Below, piece after piece: positions 54,749 through 64,000 of a DNA stretch of 64,000 nt. The stretch covers positions 53,816,001 to 53,880,000 of the forward strand of contig NC_042997.1 of NCBI RefSeq assembly GCF_006345805.1, given 5' to 3'. Position 1 is the first letter of the stretch; each line of letters opens with the position of its first letter. Source of the DNA: Octopus sinensis. Lineage: Eukaryota. Made by a program: the position numbers and the translations under genes. A model generated the notes under the pieces. The model was given only the letters and a program-made list of their open reading frames with translations, made no database searches and had not been told where the DNA came from.

Positions 54749-54750
54749 AC

Positions 54751-54806
<56 letters not shown>

Positions 54807-54840
54807 TATTATTATTATTATCATCATTATTATGATTATT

Positions 54841-54878
<38 letters not shown>

Positions 54879-54928
54879 TGATAATGATAATAATAATAAT
54901 AATAATGATGATGATGATGATAATAATG

Positions 54929-54963
<35 letters not shown>

Positions 54964-55249
54964 TAATAATAATAATAATAATGACTTCAAATTTTGGTAC
55001 AAGGACAGCTATTTCAGGGGATGGGGTAAGTCGATTAAATCGACCCCGGGATTCAACAGGTATTTGTTTTAACGACTCTGAAAGGATGAAAAGATGAAAG
55101 GCAAAGTTGACCTAGGCGGAATATGAACTCAGAACGTGTAGACAGACAAAATGCCGCTAAGCATTTCTAACGTGCTAACGATTCTAACACATCTGCAATT
55201 ACTATAGAACTATCTAGCAACAGCATCTATAGAACAATCTAGCACCACT

Positions 55250-55633
55250 GTGGAGGCGCAATGGCCTAGTGGTTAGGGCAGCGGATTCGCGGTCGTAGGA
55301 TCGCGGGTTCGATTCCCAGCCTGGGCGTTGTGAGTGTTTATTGGGCAAAAACACCTAAAGCTCCACGAGGCTCTGGCAGGGGATGGTGGCGAACCCTGCT
55401 GTACTCTTTTACCACAACTTTCTCTCACTCTTTCTTCCTGTTTCTACTGCACCTGTATTTCAAAAGGCCAGCCTTGTCACACTCTGTGTCACGCTGTATC
55501 TCCCCGAGAACTACGTTAGGGGTACACGTGTCTGTGGAGTACTCAGCCACTTGCACGTTAATTTCACGAGCAGGCTGTTCCGTTGATCGGGTCAACTGGA
55601 ACCCTCGTCGTCGTAACCGATGGAGGGCCACGT
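55250..55633 (+). mobile_element. tRNA-derived SINE family C, full length
   Basis: gtggaggcgcaatggcctagtggttagggcagcggattcgcggtcgtaggatcgcgggttcgattccc tRNA-like head; aatctagca direct repeat at 55236-55244 and 55640-55648. Confidence 0.9.
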
Positions 55634-56190
55634 AAAAAAAATCTAGCAACAAAAAATAACCAAGTAAAAAGCCAGGTGGTGTCATTTTAGGAAACGTACA
55701 GACACAATAATTTATTGGTTACCAGGAAAAGCAGCCATGCTGGAATATTTTTTCAGCAATATTTGTTTCCATGTTTTAAAATATTTTAACACTTAATCAA
55801 TGAAACATACGAGTTTTAGTTTGTGTTTTCCATTTTGTCAGTTCTAAGATTCACAATATAAATTTAGATGAAAACTGCTTGTATTTTATTTGTACTTCTA
55901 ACTTGGGAAGAGGCACGACTTAGAAAAATAAAAGGCAAAACGTCTGACTGAGTAAGAAGTGAAGAAATTAAAAGACGGAGAAAGTTACCAAAATAGAAAA
56001 TATAAATGTAAGCACACACTCACAAATATGCATGTATGTATGTATTATGTATGTATGTATGTATGTATGTATGTATGTATGTATGTATGTATGTATGTAT
56101 CTATCTATCTATCTATCTATCTCTCTATCTATCTATCTATCTATACATACATACATATATATATTATATATATATATATATAATATATAC

Positions 56191-56927
56191 AAAATTTAGA
56201 GGAATGACCACTAAGAGGACATCCTATATGCTAAACATAGACGTCAAATCATCATTACCACGAAGAATGTGTTCTCAAGAAAAATCTCAGCAAAAAAAAC
56301 AAAATGTAAAAATAAGCAAAGCAAATGAAAATATACGAAATAAAAAACGATTACCTACGTACCATGGTTTCACTTGTTAATATTTACGAATATGAACACG
56401 CAAATATCTGCAAGATCATCAGCATAGCATGTCATTTACAAAACATAATTTCCAGAACTAGATACAGAACGCTCAACCGAAATCGAACATGTATAAAGTT
56501 CTACAAATTATATTTGGGTGTATCTTTCAAATGCCTTCACTTTGGCGCGCTGAGGTAGGAAGTTACTCTGCAATTAATAAATTACAGCACCCAATTTACC
56601 AGTTAAAGAACATTTTTTATTTAAAATTAAATAATAAGGGTAGAAATTGATATTAATCAATTAAAACCAGTGGCTTAGCATATTTAAAAAAATCCGAAGA
56701 TTAAAAATTATATTGCATAAAAAATTTAGAGGTATGACCACTAATGGGGACACCCTATATGCTAAACATAGACGTCAAGTCGTCGTTACCACGGAGAATG
56801 TGTTCTCAAGAAAAATCTCAGCAAAAAACTAAAATGTAAAAATAAGCAATACAAATGAATATATACGAAATAAAAAACGATTGCCTACGTACCATGGTTT
56901 CACTTGTTAATATTTACGTATATGAAC
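56191..56927 (-). mobile_element. Partial tandem (1.39-mer of a 530-nt unit), retrozyme/PLE-pLTR-like element in (TA)n
   Basis: ~207-bp direct repeats at 56191-56397 and 56721-56927, offset 530; (TA)n on both sides; an HHR spans the end of repeat 1. Confidence 0.8.
56355..56427 (-). ncRNA. Type I hammerhead ribozyme
   Basis: Minus strand CTATG-CTGATGA-T-CTTG..CAAG-T-GAAAC-CATG-GTA-CGTAG: stem I CTATG/CGTAG (one G-U), extended stem II (ATATTTGCG/CGTAAATAT), palindromic ACCATGGT stem III, GUA triplet; U-U mismatch at the base of stem II. Confidence 0.8.
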
Positions 56928-56997
56928 GTATATATATATTTAAGAGATGAAGTACTATTTATATTTATATTTGACGGAAATTTGTCCTCATTTTGTT

Positions 56998-57043
56998 AAC
57001 ACAAAGTTTTGGCTGATATACCGTCCAGCCTTCATCAGGTGTC
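56998..57043 (-). ncRNA. Degenerate hammerhead motif within a ~190-bp element (~56942-57130)
   Basis: Minus strand GACAC-CTGATGA-A-GGCTG(10 nt)CAGCC-AAAAC-TTT-GTGTT: stems I and II intact, but GAAAC and the GUH site are mutated. Confidence 0.55.
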
Positions 57044-57092
57044 TTCGGGAAATTTCGAACCTGGGTTCTCATTCCTAAGGTATTTTTAGATG

Positions 57093-57134
<42 letters not shown>

Positions 57135-57651
57135 TCACTACCTGGAATCGAACTCGGAATCTTGGGGTTAGTAGCCCGCTCTCTTAACCACTACGGCGCG
57201 GGGTGATAGTAGAAGACACCTGCCCAAAGAGCTGTGCAGTGGGACACAACCTGAAACCACAGAGTTGCAAAGCGAGCTTCTTAACCACACAGCCATTATA
57301 TACAAATGGAATTTGTTACATGCTTTTTACCCCCAGCTTGTGTAACTTTTTAATTTATTTATTTAATAATATATTTATTTATTTATTTATTACTTACTTA
57401 AAAAAATACAGCTATCTTTTGATGAAATAGAATATAGTTTATTCTGTTCGTAAAAAAACAACGGGCAATGAATTAGCAAGTAAATATACGGTTTCACATC
57501 AATACATAACTTGGCTCGTAGCGAAATGGGACGTTCAAAGGCCGTCACCTGTATCCAGTGGCATGTACTTGTTTACATTTCAAGGTATAGCCTGTTGTAG
57601 CTACTGTAAAAGTGTTATACAATGATAGAGGTGTTATTAATCATCCACTCA

Positions 57652-57961
57652 GTGAGGGCGCGTGGCTAGTGGTTAGGGCATTCGGCTCATGATCGTAAGG
57701 TTGTGAGTTCGATTCCCGGCGCCGCGTTGTGTCCTTGAGCAAGACACTTATTTCACGTGCCAAGTCACTCAGCTGGCAAAAATGAGTTTGTACTTGTATT
57801 CAAAGGGTCAGCATTGTCACTCTCTGTGTCACGTGATATCCCGAGACATAAGTTAAGGCTACACGTGTCTGTGGAATGCTCAGCCTTTGCCGTAATTTCA
57901 CGAGCAAGCTGTTCCGTTGATCGTATCAGCGGGACCCTCGTCGTCGTACCGGCGGAGTCTT
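57652..57961 (+). mobile_element. tRNA-derived SINE, family C variant, with 15-bp TSD
   Basis: gagggcgcgtggctagtggttaggg head; TSD ttaatcatccactca at 57637-57651 and 57962-57976. Confidence 0.9.
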
Positions 57962-58439
57962 TTAATCATCCACTCATCAAAAATGAAACTTGATAGCTTG
58001 AGTCTCATCCCATACTTCTTGAAAGTTTCTCGTGGGTCTGACTTCGCAGCCAAATTAAACGTGAATTGGATGCGTTTAAATACATGTATTATTCATTGTA
58101 CACGCTGTATTGACATCTTATATTTGTATACTTACACACGAGTCATTCATGCATATAATATATAGTCAATAGCACGTACATTGAAAGAACATGCACACGC
58201 ACACACACACAAAAACAGACACATACAACCAAATCCATATATAGAGAAAACATAAATGCATTAAACAAACAACATTACATACATACATACATACATACAA
58301 CATTACATAACAACATATAATAATTATGTCGTCTGCCTGTCTATGGTTCGCATCCAGAAAACCTTTAGCTTATAGACGATAGTCAGTCTTATTCAGAGGG
58401 CATATAATTCTCTTCAAATAAATATATATATATATATAT

Positions 58440-59475
58440 AGCTTAGTTTTTCTAATGCTCGTTGCTTAGTTTTTCTTGGAGGGCTGGCCGTGATCTAGTA
58501 ATCTCAAGATTAATCAGCCGAAATTACTACGATGATCCGGTTCTTGACTGAAGACTGAGGGGTTCGAATGTCCTGTCCATGTTTATTGTATCGTCTTCTA
58601 AGAGTTATACGTTCTTGTCCATGTTGTATTTTTCTACATACCTTAACATATATCCAGGCGCCCCGTACCCCCCTTAATCATTAATGTGAACACATATTCT
58701 TAATAATTGGTACGACTCTCTGTTTGTCTCTCTCTCTCTCTCATTTTTACTTGATCTGTCCCCCTCTCTCTCTCTTTTCTCTCTATTCATCTTCTCTTTC
58801 CTCTGATCCTTTGGTCTAGTCTTCCACTACCCTCCTATTTCTTTGTCTCGCTCTGCACTCACAGGTCATTCTTCGACACCCATCCTTCTCCTCTCTGATT
58901 CCTCTTTCTCTCTCTTCTCTCTCTTTGTTGCGTTTTGTCCCCCTTCTCTCTCTCTCTTCCTTTGCTTCTCTTTCTTTTCTTTTCCCTCTTCTCTGTCACG
59001 TGACTGTTGGCCGAAATCTGCCTTTCAGCTCCTGACCCTCGTCGTGTTAACATCGTTGTTTTTCGTCCGCGCTATAAAGGCTTTTTCCAATGCGCCAGAG
59101 AAAAATTTGTGCTTGTTATCATCGTAAGACACTTGTTGTTTTCACCGTTAATGCTTCTGTATTTCATGTTTCTGTATTCCATTATTGTTTTTTGTTTTTT
59201 TATATCTGTCCCTTTTGCTGTCCTGGTGTTCGTATGCATTCGATCCTTCTTCCAGGAAATCTACGCTTCCAGCTTAGTTTTTCTAATGCTCGTTGCTTAG
59301 TTTTTCTTGGAGGGCTGGCCGTGATCTAGTAATCTCAAGATTAATCAGCCGAAATTACTACGATGATCCGGTTCTTGACTGAAGACTGAGGGGTTCGAAT
59401 GTCCTGTCCATGGTTTATTGTATCGTCTTCTAAGAGTTATACGTTCTTGTCCATGTTGTATTTTTCTACATACCT
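58440..59475. mobile_element. Partial tandem (1.25-mer of an 831-nt unit) in (TA)n, family F
   Basis: ~204-bp near-identical direct repeats at 58440-58643 and 59271-59475; pyrimidine-rich non-coding interior; (TA)n on both sides. Confidence 0.8.
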
Positions 59476-59478
59476 AAT

Positions 59479-59527
<49 letters not shown>

Positions 59528-59560
59528 CTTTTGTTATCTAATCTTACCGTTTTACCAATA

Positions 59561-59600
<40 letters not shown>

Positions 59601-59627
59601 TTTCTTTTGTTATCTTACCGTTTTACC

Positions 59628-59659
<32 letters not shown>

Positions 59660-59665
59660 TATATA

Positions 59666-59922
59666 TTCCGTAATGCGATTAAAAAAAAACCAAGGCTGTG
59701 TAGATTTTAGAACATTTATAACTGTTCTAAAATCTACACAGCCTTGGTTTTTTATCTCATTACGGAAAAAAAAAATTTATATACACACGCTGATATATGA
59801 CCTACGTTGGACCCCTTATTTGCATAATCTCCGAATCTGGAACTCAACTATGATCTATCCATAGCACTTATTCGGCATTACCTAACACCTTTGGGTCACA
59901 TCGACACCATTACCTCTCATAA

Positions 59923-59925
<3 letters not shown>
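59666..59925 (-). mobile_element. Family G hairpin-ended element, copy 2
   Basis: Hairpin 59666-59768; body homologous to 14381-14515 in reverse complement; (TA)n flanks. Confidence 0.8.
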
Positions 59926-59964
<39 letters not shown>

Positions 59965-60163
59965 TGGAAAGCGAATAGGATGAATTATTCGAGCATGAAA
60001 TACATTGCATTGCGCCATTCGTTCCAGCATTCCGCGTTCTGGGTTCAAATAATGGTGATGCTAATCTTGTCTTTCATCCTTTCTGGATCGATAAATAAAG
60101 TTCCAGTCTTGTACTGGAATGGCTTCTTCTTCTTCTTCTTCTTCTTCTTCTCTTCTCTGTCTT

Positions 60164-60209
<46 letters not shown>

Positions 60210-60448
60210 CTCCTCTCTCTCTCTCTCTCTCACTTTCATTGCATGTATCTTTAAGCAAGAGATCTGTTATGATCAGACCTAGAAAGGAATGGCCCCTACC
60301 AAGTCTACGATTGCCCTACATACACCCGTGTATCACACTATACTACTATGATACTGTCAGACATTGAACGCAGACGGTACACATGATGTGTGAGTTTGTG
60401 CATTAATATGTGCATGTGCGCGTGTGTGAATGTTTGTGCGTGTGTGTA

Positions 60449-60500
<52 letters not shown>

Positions 60501-60859
60501 GTACGCACGCGTGTTCCGTTTTTGTATTTGTTTTGCAAGATTCTGGGTGTGAAATTGTATGTGGAAACAGATATTGTTGTACTTTCGGAGGGATGATCAT
60601 GTTGCCAATTAAAACTCGTGTAATGGCTGTTTTCATTCCAGCTTTGTAATCAATTATTTTAGATAATTAGAGAGATACATCGTCATCAATAAGTTGAAAG
60701 GCTACGACAAAAAAAAAAACATTGATTAACCAATTGCTCAATTAATTAATCATTAATTAAATAAGCAGTTATTAAATGAATCGATAATAAAACTACAGCA
60801 AAATACATTCAGTGCTTCTATGTTGTGATTTTCAACATAACCCTTAATTTGCAAGACTA

Positions 60860-60926
<67 letters not shown>

Positions 60927-61012
60927 CAGCGATAAGTATTGAGCAATTCTTCAGTTTAATGTTAAATTGTTTTTAACTCGACATAAAACAAACATTAATA
61001 TTTCCATAGATT

Positions 61013-61860
61013 AAGGCGGCGAGCTGGCAAAAACGTTAGCACGCCGGGCGAAATGCGTAGCTGTATTTCGTCTGCCGTTACGTTCTGAGTTCAAATTCCG
61101 CCAAGGTCGACTTTGCCTTTCATCCTTTCGGGGTCAATAAATTAAGTACCAGATACGCACTGGGGCCGATGTAATCGATTTAATCCGCTTGTCTGTTCTT
61201 GCTTGTCCCCTCTGTGTTTAGCCCCTTGTGGGTAGTAAAGAAATGGGTATTTCGTCTGTCTTTACGTTCTGAGTTCAAATTCCGCAGAGGTCGACTTTCC
61301 CTTTCATCCTTTCGGGGTCGATAAATTAAGTACTGGGGTCGATCTAATCGAGTGGCCCACTCCCCGAAAATTTCGAGCCTTGTGCTTAGAGTAGAAAAGA
61401 GTATTTACATACATAAAAGGCAGTGAGCTGGCAGAATCGTTAGTACGCCGGGTGAAATGCTTAGCGGTATTTCTTCCGTCTTCACGTGTTGAGTTCAAAT
61501 TCCGTAGAAGTCAATTTTGCCTTTCATCCTTTCGGAGTCGATTAAATAAGTACCAGTTGAGTACTGGAGTCGATTTAATCGACTTATACCCTCCCTCGAA
61601 ATTGCTGGCCTTGTGGCAAAATTAGAAATCCATGTTCACATACATAAGGTGGCGAGCTGGCGGAAATCGTTAATACACCGGGCAATATGCTTAGCGGCAT
61701 TTCGGCCGGCTGCAAGTTCTGAGCTCAAATTCCACCGAGGTTTGCTTTGCCTTTCTCCCTTTTGGGGTCGATAAAATAAGTACCAGTTGAGGAAAGATGT
61801 CAATGTAAGTCACTTAGCTCCTCCCCTGGAATTCCTGGCCTTGTACCAAAATTTGAAATC
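61013..61860 (+). mobile_element. Head-to-tail cluster of four SINE family A units
   Basis: Units begin at ~61013, ~61245 (headless), ~61417 and ~61646; tails differ between units. Confidence 0.9.
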
Positions 61861-62463
61861 ACGATTTATTTATATATATATATAACTAATTTTTTAAACA
61901 TCCAAGGGAAATAACCTATAGCCGACCTAATTCTGCATTTCACTACTCACAGTTTTGAACTGCTAAACATTTATTGCACTTCCTTAATTTGAATCTTAAC
62001 CATTAAAGACTTCATTCATACATTTCTATACATATATACTGCATTTATACAGTTACACTTTTTCCATGACAGTAGATAAATTTTTTTTATTCCATAACGT
62101 ATTTGTAGTGGCTTCATGCAGGCATAGCGTAGATCCGATCCTCGATTGCCAAATTTCACTAAACACTTCAACAACGCTTTTCTCACGGTAAAACAATAGT
62201 TTTTTCTGTGAATGACGGCAGTTATACATTTCCCAGATGCCTTCGCTAAGCAGAATAATGTCTTTGCCACTCGCCAACCTCTCTCACCAACTTGTGGCAA
62301 TCTTTCTCGCCAACCTCCAACAATCTCTCCTAGTTCCAGCTGACAGTTTTTTATACTTTTTTGTGACGGAAAATACACCTTTTGTGGCAGTTGTAACGAA
62401 ATTGCTTTCTTATATCAGAGTAATAACATCTTTATCCCCGGTAATTACCAGGTACACCAGCCA

Positions 62464-62501
<38 letters not shown>

Positions 62502-62513
62502 TTATTTTATTTA

Positions 62514-62800
62514 TGCACCCTTTTCAAGCCTAGCCAGGCACATGGCCCGGGTTCCCGGTTTCTGTGGCGTATATGTTCCCTCCAGCTGGACGGGACGCCA
62601 GTCCATCGCAGCGTTACTCAAGAAACAGGAAGAAAGAGTGAGAGAAAGTTAGAGCTAAAGAGTACAATAGGGTTACCACCACCCTCTGTCGGAACCTTAT
62701 GTGTTTTCGTTCAATAAACACACACAACGCCTGGTCTGGGAATCGAAACCGCGATCCTCCGACCGCGAGTCCGCTGCCCTAACCACTGTGTGCCTCCACA
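62514..62800 (-). mobile_element. SINE family C (head as in 55250, tail as in 15404)
   Basis: gggaatcgaaaccgcgatcctccgaccgcgagtccgctgccctaaccact is the reverse complement of the family C head; tail resembles 15550-15625. Confidence 0.8.
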
Positions 62801-62810
62801 CACACATACA

Positions 62811-62902
<92 letters not shown>

Positions 62903-62923
62903 TGTGTGTGTGTGTGTGTGTGT

Positions 62924-63126
62924 GTGACCTCGTGAGCACCGGAAGCAATTTTTTTTCCTCTGTCTTCCCTTCTCGGGATCTTTCCTTCTCCTTTGTTTCC
63001 GACGAAGAGCTCCGCTCGAAACGTTTAACCCTCCTTCTTCTCTTCTTTCCTGAGCGTCCAATAATACTTTATTTGTTCCACGTCCTCGCGTTGCTTTTTT
63101 TTTGTGTTTTCTTGTTTGGATTAACT
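62924..63126 (+). mobile_element. Family E element containing an HHR with a mutated core (62995-63029)
   Basis: GTTT-CCGACGA-A-GAGC(TCC)GCTC-GAAAC-GTT-TAAC (core U4 changed to C); homologous to 8352-8560. Confidence 0.8.
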
Positions 63127-63159
63127 TTATATATATTTATTTATTCATTTATTTATTTA

Positions 63160-63352
63160 ATTCTTTTACTCTTTTACCTGTTTCAGTCATTTGACTGCAG
63201 CCATCCTGGAGTACCGCCTGCAGTCGAGCAAATCGTCCCCATGACTCATTCTTTGTAAGGCCTAGTACTTATTCCATCGGTCTCTTTTGCCGAATCGCTA
63301 AGTAACGGAGACATAAACGCACCATCATCGATTGTCAAGCGATGTTGTGGGA
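63160..63352 (-). mobile_element. SINE family B, 3' part
   Basis: Reverse complement of the family B tail ending tcaagcgatgttg. Confidence 0.8.
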
Positions 63353-64000
63353 GATCAGAATTAATTTATAACTGCAGATATGATAAGTTGTACTTTCCAA
63401 TTTCACAAGAACTATTGAGCCACATTTCATACTAACAAAAGAACAACCGGAAGTCAATATATCACCATCTTGTCCGTAAGAGAAAATCGAAAACAAACAA
63501 AAGCATGATCCAAGCTGATAAATAAAAAAAAAAACTGACGATAAGATGTATCTGTTCCAGTATCAGCCCCGTCTGAGGATAGTCAAATGACAGAGGTGTT
63601 AAAAACGGAATGTTGTAAGCTGGGATTATAACCCTATGTATTGTGGTGTGTGTGTGTGTGTCTGTCTGTCTGTCCATCTTTTGTCTTTTTGTCTGTTTGT
63701 CTGTCTTTTTGTCTTTTTGTCTGTCTTTTTGTCTGTCTGTGTGCGTGTGTGTATGTGTGTCTATGTATTGTGAGGATATGCATACACACAAATATACGCA
63801 CAAAAACATAGAACATCATTTGCGAGACCCCAATCTCCAGGATCAAGAGAAACAGAATTTGCAACACACTATTAGTGTCTGGCAATTAAACTATTTACTT
63901 TTCGTCTTCCATTTTATTTATATATTTATTTGATTGTTTATATGTCTGTTGTTCAATGCTGTTGAAACAAATGGTTAAAACTTTGTTAGTTCTCGAAAAG

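Noticed and set aside
55250-55325. tRNA gene (also at 15404, 57652, 62730 and the SINE A/B heads)
   Set aside because: The A/B-box heads continue into shared SINE bodies with TSDs, and there is no complete acceptor stem.
8572-59475. CRISPR array or LTR retrotransposon interpretation of the direct repeats
   Set aside because: The context is eukaryotic, each element has only two long repeats with no spacer series or cas genes, and I saw no TG..CA termini, PBS/PPT or gag-pol.
1-64000. Most ORFs in the six-frame track (YIYI, CVCV, HTHT, poly-I/L/V/S reads)
   Set aside because: They are translations of microsatellites or SINEs. I found no splice-supported host exon.

Overview
AT-rich, microsatellite-dense eukaryotic DNA with no host protein-coding gene that I can support. 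The repeat content (three tRNA-derived SINE families, very long (TA)n/(CA)n/(TACA)n tracts) points to an octopus genome; this is inference from pattern recognition, not a search result. Most of the window is transposon debris: SINEs, the 5' half of an L1/Tx1 LINE, RLE-, RTE- and CR1/Jockey-like fragments, mariner, pogo and piggyBac derivatives, MITEs, and Penelope-like (PLE) RT fragments. The main result is eight minimal type I hammerhead ribozyme (HHR) motifs from five unrelated short non-coding families: six with intact cores and two degenerate. The intact ones have the self-complementary stem III typical of PLE-associated dimeric HHRs. They sit in (TA)n-embedded partial tandem repeats (401-nt and 530-nt units), in a perfect 324-bp palindrome, or in dispersed ~200-bp elements, consistent with a retrozyme/PLE-parasite system. 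Other notable items are a similar partial tandem carrying a pseudoknot-capable motif instead of an HHR, a MITE carrying telomeric repeats, two mariner derivatives with two 5' ends, and a 352-codon Gly/Ala/Ser frame broken by only two stops. All folding and translation was done by eye, so boundaries of degenerate elements are approximate.
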